Shown here: one piece after another, positions 51,092 through 64,000 of the stretch
How positions within the stretch are numbered: position 1 is the stretch's first letter
How the letters are laid out: each line of letters begins with the position of its first letter
NCBI RefSeq assembly: GCF_006345805.1
Contig: NC_043002.1
Coordinates: forward strand, 17,174,001 to 17,238,000
Direction: 5' to 3'
DNA length: 64,000 nt
From: Octopus sinensis
Lineage: Eukaryota
Notes under the pieces: model-generated
Databases searched by the model: none
The model's input: only the letters and a program-made list of their open reading frames with translations
Told to the model about the DNA's origin: nothing
Program-made: the position numbers and the translations under genes

Positions 51092-52073
51092 TAAATAAAA
51101 TAAGAGAACAGTTCTGAGGCTGTGTGGAAATTATAGGAATTTTATAAAAAGAAACGTAGTCTTACAGCTGTTTCTAGATATTAGGGATATACGAGATATA
51201 CGAGAGCGTTAACTTGAACGAAATAGTAAAGTTCAGTAAGAGGAGATATTTTCGAAAAGGATGGATTTACGGAGCATAAAGGGAAATAAGGGAATAAACA
51301 TAAAAGGAAAAATATATGTAGGATGTTACAGTTGCAGTTCCATTATGTAAGGATAGTGCTGTGTAGAATGGGGGAAATGCTTTTTGTCCACAGTACGTAA
51401 ATTCCGATAGGAGTTCATATTTTGTTATTAAAAGTGGATAAGGTAGAGACATAAATTCCATGTGCTGTTCATTCAAGGGCTCTTTTGGTGTGAATGAAAT
51501 TTTGAGAATGTACTGGTGAGGAGTAAGTAGATAGAAAGAAGAGACAGAAAGACGGTATTAGTCAAAAGGAATAGGGGAGGAAAGTGAAAGACGGAAAGGA
51601 AGAAAATGAAAAGAGGAGAGCTAGATGATAGTCAAAATATTGTGAGAGGATGGGAGAGGAGAGATATCCGGATAGAAAGAATAGGGTGGGAGAGAATGAA
51701 TGGGGGGGTTGAGGGATGTGATAAGAATGAGGGAAGGAAAATGCGTGAGAAATGAGAGGTGGGGTGACATGCTTAGAAGGTTCTAAGTGGGGGAGCACTT
51801 TCTTTACATAATGGAACAGAAACTGTAACACCCTACATATATTTTTACTATTATCTTTATTCTCTTATTTCCCCTTATACCTCGTATATCCATCCTTTTC
51901 GAAAATAACTCCTGATCTTGAACTCTGTTATTTCGCCTCTATTTAACTCTCTCGTAACGTCTCTGATGAAGGGATATCCATAATATCGCAGAAACAGTTG
52001 TAAGTCTGCCTTTCTCTTTATAAATGTGCTATATATCTCACACAGCCTTTGTTTTGTTGTCTCATTTTATTTA
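51092..52073. mobile_element. PLE remnant with inverted terminal repeats (51092-51360 / 51794-52073)
   Basis: About 270-bp diverged inverted arms around a purine-rich core; arms carry a hammerhead motif. Confidence 0.7.
51959..52006 (+). ncRNA. Decayed type I hammerhead motif
   Basis: GTCT-CTGATGA-A-GGGATAT..ATATCGC-A-GAAAC-AGTT-GT-A-AGTC; the inverted copy at about 51158-51175 keeps palindromic stem III ACAGCTGT and stem I partner AGAC. Confidence 0.5.
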
Positions 52074-52437
52074 ACGTGTGTGTTTGTGCGTGATGGAAGG
52101 AGTGAGCTTATGTCTACACAAGCATTTGATCGCTATAAATAAATTAACTGTGTAGTTGTTCCGTAAGAAACTGTCAAATTTTCATACCTTGACTAAGGAC
52201 GGGAGAGTCCATTGTTATATATATGTAACCTTAGACGAGATATGAAATTTCGACAGTTTGTTACCGAACAACCAAATAGATGATTTGTTTATAGTGATCA
52301 AATGTACACATAAGGTCACTTCCTCCATCACACATACACACACCCTCACACACATATATATATATATGTGTATGTGTGTGTGCGTGTGTGTGTGTTAATA
52401 ACTTGATGTTTGCCGGTTAAACCTTCCATTTTCCTCT

Positions 52438-52489
<52 letters not shown>

Positions 52490-52490
52490 T

Positions 52491-52775
52491 TCTTACCTGA
52501 CTATTTTCATCCTCAGCGTAGAACTCTTCAATTATAAATAATTGCGTCTCAATTATTAATAATTGTGTATTAACGCTGGCGGAAGGGGAAGGTGTCTTAC
52601 TTCCATTCACCCTTTGAATTTGGCTGTACTGGCAAGAATTACGCTCTCTCTGATACCATGAGTTGAGGTGATGTCTTCTAGTGCCTTCAAATTTAATACA
52701 CAATTATTAATAATTGAAACGCAATTATTTATAATTGAAGAGTCCTTCGCTGAGGAGGAAAATAGTCAGGTAAGA
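52491..52775. repeat. Inverted repeat, 83-bp arms (52491-52573 / 52693-52775), 119-bp spacer
   Basis: Arms are reverse complements with a few mismatches; the left arm stops at (TA)n. Confidence 0.9.
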
Positions 52776-52834
52776 CATAATTATTTAATTTTTATGCTCT
52801 GCTATGACTTAATTCCGAAACGTGCGTCCGTAGG
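52744..52834 (+). ncRNA. Type I hammerhead ribozyme candidate with canonical core
   Basis: CCTTCG-CTGAGGA-GGAA[extended hairpin]TTCC-GAAAC-GTGC-GTC-CGTAGG: stem I 5/6 bp, G10.1-C11.1 pair, GUC cleavage triplet at 52826-52828. Confidence 0.65.
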
Positions 52835-53122
52835 TAACTTAATATAGAATGATTTTCGTCATTTCTTTCTCTTTTGCCTGCGTTGTTTGTTTTTTAAGTG
52901 CTTTGGTTTTACTGAGATCTCCCTTTTAAGTAGAAAGAATAGCCAAAACATTTTGATTGCTATTTCTAAATTCGCTGTGTGGTGATGCAAATCGTTGCTG
53001 AACCCTTAATTAATTAGTATTACTTAAACCTTCCTTGAATGGATCTTTTACATGCCGAACTCTACTTGGTGAAATTAATGATTATTTCTAAATTAATTAA
53101 TTGATCTCACACCCTTTATTAT

Positions 53123-53168
<46 letters not shown>

Positions 53169-53291
53169 GTATAAAATTATATATAAAAAGGGACAATAAC
53201 GTGAAATACACAAAGAGACGACACAAAAAACGGACGGGTCATTCGAAGCCTTAATCTTCAGTCAGGAACCGGATCATCATAGCAAATTTCG

Positions 53292-53345
<54 letters not shown>

Positions 53346-53402
53346 CGTGTGTGTGTGTGTTTGATAAGAAGAGAATGGAAGGTTTAACAGGCAAACGTCA
53401 AG

Positions 53403-53609
53403 TTATTAACATATTGTCAATTCTCTGTTACCTACAATTTTTCCACACTCAACTCATTCAAATTACAAATTAATAAATTAAAATTGCAATTTGAAGAAAT
53501 ATGTAACTCGCTATTTTCAAATTGCAATTTTTACTTATTAATTTGCAATTTCAATGGGTTGAATATCGAAATAACTCTAGGTAACAGAGAATTGAAAATG
53601 TGTTATTAA
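53403..53609. repeat. Imperfect palindrome, about 93-bp arms, 20-nt loop
   Basis: 53403-53495 versus 53516-53609, for example TCAATTCTCTGTTACCT / AGGTAACAGAGAATTGA and AAATTGCAATTTGAA / TTCAAATTGCAATTT. Confidence 0.8.
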
Positions 53610-53909
53610 ATTGATGCCTTTATGTTAAACTCGCCATTTTCTTTATTCCATACGCTATATTGAAATATACTCATATATATCGAATTGAAACAAGTATCTA
53701 TAGGAATATACCTGGACTCCGCGTAATATTTGCGCCTATTATTAAATAATAAACATCCATACTATTAAGCAATACTGGATTCCCGCGTATTTCATCGATA
53801 TGTAGGGTTAGACCTGGTAACATTGGATGCTAACATGCCTTTTAAGAGGTATCCTCAAAGTAACATAACAATATACATGCCCGAAATTACACACAGACAC
53901 ACACACACA

Positions 53910-53997
<88 letters not shown>

Positions 53998-54947
53998 AGT
54001 ATATATATGTATATATGTATATATGCATACATATATGTATACTATATATGTATATACGTGTATATGTGTTTGTATATATGTATGTGATATGTATGTGATA
54101 TGTATGTGATATGTATGAATTTATGTGTGTGTGTGTGTGTGTGTGCGTGTGTGTTCATGCGTGTGTTTGTGAGCGAGTCTCAGTATGAATCAAAACTGCA
54201 CGGAAAATTATATCCGGTGATCGTTTATAAATGTTAAACATATAAAATAACTATTATCATTTACAAATTTATAGCAATCGACACTGCTTACAAAAAAACC
54301 CTGTTAAAGTATACTTCGAATATAATATTCGTATTATATAACTTGCAAGACTCATATATTTATATGTTTTACTTTAATCACAAGAATGTTGTTACTAGTG
54401 TGAAAAATAATAATTTCATGTCTGCCAAGAAAATTCAACACTAATGCTTTTAAAATGAAACGTTCATATTGTCACACACGATATTTCATTACTGATTGCG
54501 TGGTATAAATTATCAGGAATATTTGTTGACATATAAATATATAACCTGTTACAATTGATAGTGTTTTATTCAGAGTGAGAGGAAAATGTGCGAGCGTAGC
54601 TGATTATAAGAGATATTAAATATTAAAGTAGTTCACTTAATTGTAAAAAAGACAATGTAAGTTGATAAGTACAGCTTCCCGTTATCCTTTACAGAACTCT
54701 CTCGATACGTTATTCACATAATAAGCAATAAAATCGACGCAGTTTAATAAAACGACTATTATAAGATATAATAGATCAAGTCATATTCAGGCTTACTGAA
54801 AACTTCTTAAGCGAAACTGCATTTTCAGTTTTTCAGAAGAGAGAACTAATGTATGCTTGTATGGATGTATTTATGTATACATTTATGCGGGTATGTACAT
54901 ACGTGCGCATGAGCGTACATACTCACACACGCACACACACACACGCA

Positions 54948-54986
<39 letters not shown>

Positions 54987-55035
54987 GCACACACACTCAC
55001 ATGCACACACACACACACACACGACAGAAATAAAT

Positions 55036-56155
55036 AAACACCCATAAAGCATTGTCTTATGTTTATTTTTACTTGAAAAGGTTTATATTTTTTATTCATT
55101 GACAATTTTGTCTCAGGTTCTGTATGTGACTGCTGAATCATGTCACATAAAAGAGAAGTCTTGGAGCTGTCCAAATTCCAAAGAGGTCTTTTTGTGGATC
55201 AATCTGAAACCTTGGAATCCCGCCTTCTACGTTTAATAGGGTGAGTGCGCAATTAACCAGAGTGAATAAGAAGTCCACCACATCATCCCGTCCAAGTCAA
55301 CCAGGACACTTCGCTTCGTTAAAAGGATAATCCTCCTTGCAACGCCTCTAACATAGCAGAACAAGATGGTATCAGCCCCAGAGCATCTGCCAGATATCTC
55401 CACAGACATGGCAGAGCAGCAAGAAGGAAGTCACGTCTTCAAACAAACAATGCATAGAGGAGAAAAGATTAGGGCAGTGAGATGGTAGAGAGGCCACTAG
55501 CATTTTGTGACACTATCATATTCTCTGATGATTCCAGATTGGCTCGATTTTCTGACGGTATTCGAATGTGGGTGTAGAGACTCTGTGATCAAGAATTTTA
55601 CAGGAAAGATTGTAGCGAACCAGGAAACACTGCAGCTATTCTGTGATGACTGGGGAGCGATTTGGAGCAATTGGGAATGCGGTTGTGTGTGAAGGAAACA
55701 TGTGTCCATATTGGAGAAAGGATTACTTCCAATCTCCTCCATTGATGAAAGGATTATAGAAGACTCTTTATTTATGGAAGATGTGGTTCCTGTCACATGG
55801 CTAAAATGACTCACAATTGGTTGGAAGTGAAGACATTAAAAATTTTATGTAGCCAAGCCAATCACCGGATATGAACTCTTCATCATCTCTGCGGCATAAT
55901 GGACAGGACACTTTGTAAAAAGCAAAAGAATGTGTCCTGAAAGGCAGAGCTTTTCAGATTACTGAGTGAAATTTTGCAAGAAATTTCTGAAGAGAATATT
56001 CGTCATCTGATCAGTAACAAGCGTAATAGGGTCTTTGCACTGAAAAATGTAAAGGACATGTCTTATAAACATTAGATATTCACATTGTTAATGAATAATT
56101 TGAATGTACTATTTCAAATTTAAATAAATTTTAACCACTTTAAATATGTCTATTT
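55036..56155 (+). mobile_element. Old Tc1-family transposon remnant
   Basis: C-terminal text PSQSPDMN..LCGIMDRTLCKK..ISEENIRHLI..RNRVFAL; weak inverted terminal similarity (ATTGTTAATGAATAA / TTATTCATTGACAAT). Confidence 0.65.
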
Positions 56156-56279
56156 ACGTCTGTCATGTGTGTGTGTATGTATATATACATATATGTGTGT
56201 GTGAGTGTGTGTGTGTACGCGTGTGTGTTTCCCTGTGTGTTTATGTGTATGCCTATGTTTGCATGTATTTATTTATGAA

Positions 56280-56337
<58 letters not shown>

Positions 56338-57489
56338 ATATATCATATATAATAATGTGTGTTTATGCATGTATGTGTGTGTGTATCAGGGCGTATTTTG
56401 TATTTATATTGATAAAGGATAATTTACTAAGTACGAAAGCTATTAGCAGTAACGGAAGTAACTATGCTCCGTAAGTGTAGAAATCATAAGGAAATGGCAG
56501 ATAATGTCAAGCTGGTATAATTGTGTTAGATCTATGGAAAGCAAAGTCGCATGCAGTGCAAATCTTTATTATCATAATCTATATGTGCCATGTTTCTGTC
56601 GTCTAACTTTCAATCGATTGTTTTAGTTTATTAACGTAGGTGACCTCTTTGATATACATTTTAATGCCGGAATATTGAAATATAAGATAAAGAGTGATAA
56701 ACTAAGATAAACTAGTGATCTCTATGCCTTCTGTTTTTATTCCTTTATTTTAAGTCAGCGTTGTATCGTCTTTCCAATAAATATACACATTGAAATATAA
56801 CGAAATATTTCACTGGAAATATACCATAGAACTTTACAGACACAGGCATAGATACACCCACAGACACATAGACACATACACACACAAATTTATTTAGACC
56901 CACTTGAACATACATGTGAGATTTAACACCCCACCGAATACACGTCTATGGGAAGATATATGTATTTATCGATAAGGATTTCTAAGATTTGCACATTATT
57001 CACATCGTGTTGCTGAGAATTTTATTTAAATTGCACTGTTTATGTACTTGGATCTTTCCCACATCTAACATTGAATTATTAGAAATAGCGTAGATGACAA
57101 CTACTTAAATGTGGCGATATTTACATCGGAGTAGAAACCCTTAGATTGCTTATCTACAAGAACAGATGCAGCCAAGCACACCATGCAAGATACAGCCAGA
57201 TAAATGTTTTATTCAAAATTTCACGAATACCTTAAGGAAAGCTTAATATCAATAAAATGAAGAGCAAAGAGGTCAACCTATTTCATGAATTAAAACAATG
57301 AATTAAAATTTTGACGACTGCTGCATTAGGCATTGTTATTATGATGTTATACCATTCTATGCATCATACATCGTTTCCCATGCATCTCTAACAAATGTGC
57401 CGGTTCGGGATATTTGTAAAAGGCTTTTCTCCCGAGATACTGACATGTAACATAAAGTGTTAACTGTTGTTAGGTCTTCTTTCTGTTTT

Positions 57490-59160
57490 CATTTCTGTAT
57501 TTAAGTTTACTTTATTTCATGTTGCCTCTCTTCAAGACTAACACGCCACACTTTCTGAGTCCCAACTCCATTCTGATATCGGCACTGAAGGTGTACACAG
57601 TATAAAAGAAACTACTGTCTTGGGCTTCATCTTTACCATAAAGTTTCAAGTCATCCATCAGTAACAAATGGTTGACTTTTTGCTGCCGGATTTTGAATAC
57701 ATACCCAGCTTTTGCTTTCCTCAGAATCAGGGTTAGCGGAGCCAAGCACAGTACAATGATCAGTGATGACAGTTAGTCCCCTTGGAAGATGCCCCTCCTA
57801 ATTTCTACTGTCCCGAAACTTTTTCGTATGCTGCCAGATCCGTCCTCCAATTCTCCATACCTTTTCCAAGCAATCGCTCAACATTCGATGCAATGCCAAA
57901 TAGGTTCATAGACTTCATAATCCAAGAATGTGGAATCATAGCGTACACCTTACCATAATCGATCCATGGCATGGCTATGTTAACTTTCCTCCTCTTGTAG
58001 TCTCTAAGTACAGTCTATCAGGAGTTGATCCTTCGTACCTCTTCACTTACGCTTGCAACCCTTCATCTCATATGGCAGGACTCCTTTTTCTTTCCAGATG
58101 TTCATATATTGACTCTGCGAGTATTCCAATCAATAACTTCCACATTAGGGAAAAACAGGATATCGTCCTGTAATTTTCTACCGTATTGCCTTTTACAATG
58201 TTTTTCAGGCATAGATCTCTTCTGATCTACTCTGAATAACCTATTGTGGTGGCAACCCTTTATTCTTTGGTTGTATCTTACCATCGTTGCTTTCTTTGCA
58301 ACGAGGCGCTGTTTCAGCTCTTCTACTTCTACTTTCAGGTCCTTTCAATAATACTTCCTTTTCAGCGCCACGTATTCTTATTCGCTTTTAAGCTCTCTTT
58401 TATCATGTCGGTGTAACACAGAGATTTCCTTCGGGAGCATGTCTATCCCTGCCTGGATTCTTCTTTTCCACCATGGGTTTTTTTCTTTTTTCAGTCCCGT
58501 TATGTTTCTAATTCTTGACATGAACACCCACATTTCCTGCTGCAACAATATTTGCTGCCTTGATCAAATTATTTGCTTCTGTGATGTTCTTTGTTCTGAT
58601 GTATATCAGAATTTCATTGACAATTTTCGTTTCTTGGTTCAATTTCCATCGATCAACCTTTTTAAGGCTGAAAATAATGTCTCTATCGTTCTCCTGTAGT
58701 CTTGTCTTTATTCGGCCGTAGATTGCCTTTTGTTCATCTGTCATTTAGTTTTATTGTCTTCTTTGAGATCATCTATATGTCTCTTATCAAGTAAGCTGCC
58801 ACTGCTCCTTTCCTGTGCTATGGGAATACTCTTATTAGTAAGAATTTTATTTTCATTGTTATCTCTGACTTTTGACAGCTTCGAGCTCTACTTCTGTGAA
58901 CCAACAATTTTTCTCTATTGCTCTAGCTTGATCACAGAATAGATATAGCAAGGTATCTAGTCCGGCGTTTCAATAGCGTGACCAATCATATCAAAAAGGT
59001 TATTGGTTATCGAGCCACAAACACATCTCCATCACGGTTCTCTTACCACCAGGCATTGGTATCTCAGCGTTAGGGAATATAGGTCTCACGATACTCGGGA
59101 CCCTCTAGTGAGGCTGGCCTTATTGCATTTAGGTAAATGTGACACATCCACTAGAGGCGA
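57490..59160 (-). mobile_element. Decayed R4/Dong-clade non-LTR retrotransposon (N-terminus + RT with deletions)
   Basis: RRGIFQGD*LSSL..LAPLTLILRK..KVNHLLLMDDLKLYGK..MELGLRKC and N-terminal LKKVDRWKLNQETKIVNEIL..ITEANNLIKAANIVAA. Confidence 0.85.
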
Positions 59161-59721
59161 AAATGATTGTCATTAATCAAGAATTTATGATCTGTGTTAT
59201 TGAATATATCTGTGTATATAAATGCGAGTGTGCATGTGTGTATATATTGCTAGGCATTACTTTGAAATTTAATGCGCCTTAGAATTACTTAGGTAGGTAA
59301 ACCGATTAATGGTGTTCTCATTGAAATATTGTAGTATTTGTTTTTTTATATCTATTTCTATAGATGATTATTATTACTGATGTCTATATGTGCAAACATC
59401 GGTGTGTAATTTTGTGCATGTACTCGTGTGTATGTGCGACTTACCAGTTCGTAGTACAAAGAATTTATGGCAAATAAATTGCGTACTTATCAAAATATTC
59501 ATTTATCAAAACATATATGCACAGAACTACTATATATTTAATACGAAATGATATTAACACTCCCTTTGTATAAACGGATAATTTATACGTATGTGTGTGA
59601 GTGCGTTATTTCTATTAGATATTCTTTCTTCATATGCATATATAACTGTGCGTATGTCTGTATCTGTGTTTATGTGTGTGTGTCGGTATATGTATATATA
59701 TATATCGGCGTGTACACGCAT

Positions 59722-59780
<59 letters not shown>

Positions 59781-59853
59781 CATATATTTATATACATTCA
59801 ATATAAATATATATATATATATATATATGTGTATAAATATGTATATGTATGTA

Positions 59854-59936
<83 letters not shown>

Positions 59937-60584
59937 ATTGAGTGATAGTTAGATACATAGATAAATAGATAGATATCAAAGAATGTTTCACTTATGGTTT
60001 AAATATAATTCTTCGTTCTTTTGTTTTCATTTCGTATGATCTAAGATGATTGATCATATTCTGAAAACATAACGTAAATATTGGAATTTTAGTACGTTAC
60101 TCTGAAAGACCTTAGTACAAATATAATCTGTATTGATGTTTCTGTGTCAGCGTGGGGAGATCTAAATACAAGTAATATGACAAAAATTATTCTCAAATAC
60201 ACATTAATCCTTATGAAAAGAAATATTTCGTTTGATAATGAATTACTGTATACAGTGCACCTTGAAACAAAACAGAACAAAACTGTGGGTCATGTTTCGG
60301 ACGCATTTCGGCATGTTTGATCAGGATCGACATAGGTATTACTGATAAATAGCAACGTATGTATATTTTATTTGTTGTCAGTAATGTAATTATCTTTAAT
60401 ATGAGATTGATCCTAACTATTATTATTAGTAGTATAACGCTTTATATCGTTTCATTTGCTAGCTCGAAACAAATCATTTCTGCTTGTGGCGTTTTATGGA
60501 CATCAGAAATGTAAACAGTTTTCTATTTCCTATGAAAATATTTCTGGTTATTTATCCCAGTTAATGTCATTAATTTCTTTTCAA

Positions 60585-61013
60585 CATATTTCAGAAATCC
60601 TTCAACAAATATCAACCCTCATTTTTGTAATCAATATGACCTCCAATGGAGAAACTGAACTTGCATATATCATTTGTTTCATCGGACAGTAAAGGGATAA
60701 TCTCCTGATAATATGGTGTCTGATCTAATCATGATTTACCAGAAGTTATTTGTATCACGAAGGCCCTTGACAAAGGTATAAAGTCCCCCTCTCGTTTTCA
60801 TATTTCAGGAATCCTTCAACAAATATCAACCCTCATTTTTGTAATCAATATGACCTTCAATCGAGAAACTGAACTTGCATACATCATTTGTTTCATAGGA
60901 CAGTAAAGGGATAATCTCTTGATAATATGGTGTCTGATCTAATCATGATTTACCAGAAGTTATTTGTATCACGAAGGCCCTTGACAAAGATATAAAATTT
61001 CCCCTCCTGTTTT
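60585..61013. repeat. Tandem duplication, two copies of about 214 bp
   Basis: 60585-60798 and 60799-61013 are nearly identical; a third unit begins CATATT at 61014. Confidence 0.95.
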
Positions 61014-62559
61014 CATATTCAAAGGAAATCAATATTTTCGATAATCTCATTTTTATTCAAGTTGTTTCTTTGTCTCTGCAAAATTTTTACTTGGTGATAA
61101 AAAAAAATGTCATAAATAGAAAACTTAAAAACATCTAAAAAAACTTTAGAATTTTGAAAATAAAAAAAAGGAAGAGAACCAGAATGTAGTGAAGAAATTA
61201 ATTATAAGCGATCTTCACTAATTATGAGTGTTTTTTCTAATTATTTTTATCACCTAATTAGCAGTTAATTTATAATTTTAGCCATAGCAGTATAGGAATT
61301 TAATCACAAACATTAATTTTTAACCGAAACCATCATTAAAGAACAAAGAACCTGAAATTATTACCAATGTTTTCAAACATCGGAAATGTACATCAAACAA
61401 AGCCGGTGCTGATTAGTAACTCTGCAGCTTTCATCATGTTAATGACAAATTCTCGGTAATACAGGAAACCAATGACAGTACTTTTTGTTCTTAATTTTTA
61501 ATTATCTCACTATCAATCTATTTTGGTTTCTTTTTTTTTTTTCACCAGATACAGTTGATAAAACCACATTTATAGTCGAGGGGATTATCACAAGCTAGGA
61601 ACAAAGACTCTTAGAAGAAAAGATACAGACAGGTTTCATACAAAGATTAAAACACTGTAAAAAAAAAAAAAGAAAAACATGCGAGCTGGTGTGCGTAGGT
61701 TACCTTATCCGTGGGTATATTTCTAAAGCATGAGTAGATAAATTGCCTCAGTTTAAAAAGCAAGCCAATTCATGAAGCAATATCATATTCATATTGCTCA
61801 CAAAAAATAAACTTAGAAATTAATATATATTATCACACTATGACTTTTTTCTCTGGTATTTTTACCGGGAAAAAGTAGTTGTCAGTCAGTGTCTCACCTT
61901 TTATTTTCCCTATATAATAGAATGGATTTCATATTATATTTCTTTCAATGTGTCCTCACTGTTTGAATTTTTCTATACCCTTCTTTTCATCCGAGACATT
62001 TTCTTTTTTGTTCCTTATCTAAACAACGCGCATTCGGTTACACATTTCTCTTCACGTATGTCTCTTTCTCTCTCTTTGTGTATTATACTCACAGTCATAC
62101 ACAGACATAAATACACACATATGCATATGGAATATATATAATTGCATCAACACACACGCGCATGCGGGTTTGTAGGATCATATGCGCTTGTGTTTTATTG
62201 CAATATGCGCAACCACGAGTGGACGCTTATAAACACGGACACACTTATACACAACACACATACATATGCATATATTATTGAATCCATATACTTTATAAAC
62301 TCCGAGAATACAATCTATTTAAACAAAAGAGTCTCGTCATATTTTTAATGACCAGCTTGAGTTCTGCAAAGGAGGGCATATATCAAAAAGAAACGCTCCT
62401 GCGCACACACACAGACACACACACATACTTAGATAGATGGAGAGAGAGAAGAAGAAGAGAGAGAAATTGGAAGAGAGAGAGGAGAGAGAGGAAAAGAGAG
62501 ATGCTTTTCGGACAAAGATTGGCCTAAGCCTTGATTAATTTGAGGTGATCTCCTGATAA

Positions 62560-63760
62560 GATCTGTTAAACCATATTTAAGTCGTTTTGTTTCGCCAACA
62601 ACCATTCATACCAGGTACTATTTCCACGTATGTGGCCTCTCTGGTGTTCTTGAAGAAATTAGTCTTCTTTCGTCTTTGATTTGTCTTCGGATAATGAAAA
62701 GCACAACATACCCTTTTGAGGTAAAGGAGGCGTGTTGCAGTGAATTTACGTGGTGTAAGCCTGGATGATATAAGGGGTATATGGCATGTGGCCCCAGCCC
62801 TGTATGAATTCTAAATGTGATGTTAACGTCATTTGGGCAATGCTGGTGGTACTTTCGCCACATTGTGCACATGCTGTAGCCCTCGTAGCAGCCGCTGGAG
62901 AGAATAAAGCTTTAATATTTTAAGTCTATTGCATAATGAAGATGAGCCATGCCTTTTATTCTTTAGTGACTGCTCTCTGAGGTGACTCAATTTTCGTCAT
63001 GTTTGATTAGTATGGAGGACCACGAGGAGAAGTAGTATTCTGGGTGTGACAATACAAAGGTGGAGAAATGAGAATGAAGACAACTTATTCGTCGTCTTTG
63101 GACCAGAAAGTTGTGAAGATCCAGAGCTCGCTCAGTGAGCCGTTTCGACCTTAAGAAGAGAATATGTTTATTTGAAAGCATTCTTTTTTCAAAATTCATG
63201 AGTTCAAGGTTTCCGTAATTTAACAACAAATGGGTTTTTGATCGCCCACTCGTTTACAATTATATAGGAGCTTAGTTCGGTATTCTTTTCCGTTAAAAAA
63301 ATCTCTGGAGCATAGAGCCATCTGCGAAAAAATGTTCTTTATGAGCACGAATAGATAGTCTATAAAGCGAAGAGGGTCAGAAACAGATCCACAGGGTACA
63401 CCACTGGTAGACTAACTGGACTTGCGTTGACGCCACAGATCGCAACATTTTATGTTCTATTCACCAGGATATAGTTAAACCAGTGTAGCAGTTTACCATG
63501 TATTCCCTTATTGAACAATTTTAATAGGAGGATATATTTGTAGACTCTCTTGAAGGGTTTGTTGAAGTCATGATATCGGAGTTTACATTTAATCCCAAAG
63601 CTTTAAGGACATCATCGATGAGATGTCGTGTTAGACAGTCCCTGACGTAGCAGAAGACATGCTTGTTCAAATTTAGAAGATAGTGGTTCTTCTGGACGTC
63701 CGTTTCCTTGGTTCTTGATGACCACATTTTCAAACATGTTGACGATATATGTGGGTAGTG
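62560..63760 (-). mobile_element. Decayed CR1/L2-group LINE (RT and C-terminus)
   Basis: IDDVLKALGLNVNSDI, HGKLLHWF, SGVPCGSV, FFADGS and MCTMWRKYHQHCPND (homologous to 11098-11460); many lesions. Confidence 0.75.
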
Positions 63761-63771
63761 AGAGTGGGTGG

Positions 63772-63826
<55 letters not shown>

Positions 63827-63962
63827 GTTTTTAAAATGCATCATCTCATTCCATGCAGAATAATTTTGAAAATATTGAATTGGTGACAATTGTTTTCTGT
63901 GTCATAACATTTAATTCAATGTCGTTTACGTATATTTTGAATGCCACCTAGAATCACAATAA

Positions 63963-64000
<38 letters not shown>

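Noticed and set aside
61530-61640. Strong acceptor-like site (T-run CACCAG), plus similar isolated splice-like sites near 36676, 19088 and 14732
   Set aside because: Frames close quickly or lack a matching partner site; no recognisable protein; cannot support exons without RNA data.

Overview
AT-rich, microsatellite-saturated animal genomic DNA. The repeat families look like a coleoid cephalopod, most likely Octopus (inferred from recognised repeats, not from a search). I find no supportable host protein-coding gene; almost all ORF-track entries are translated microsatellites or transposon remnants. The window holds one structurally intact tRNA-Phe(GAA), several tRNA-derived SINE families, a fairly young 5'-truncated CR1/L2-group LINE plus older fragments, R4/Dong-type LINE remnants, many Penelope-like element (PLE) remnants with inverted repeats, two decayed Tc1 transposons and a mariner-type MITE. 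The most interesting signals are RNA-level. (1) A recurrent tRNA-headed SINE whose 3' module encodes a minimal type I hammerhead ribozyme of PLE type. (2) Several other hammerhead motifs, one with a canonical core at 52744-52834. (3) A SINE fused head-to-head to the tRNA-Phe inside one 12-bp target-site duplication. (4) A SINE-SINE chimera inside a 10-bp TSD. (5) A short RTE derivative with a candidate HDV-like ribozyme. (6) A (TAA)n linker acting as a nested landing pad. (7) A 446-bp inverted repeat. All alignments and folds were done by eye.
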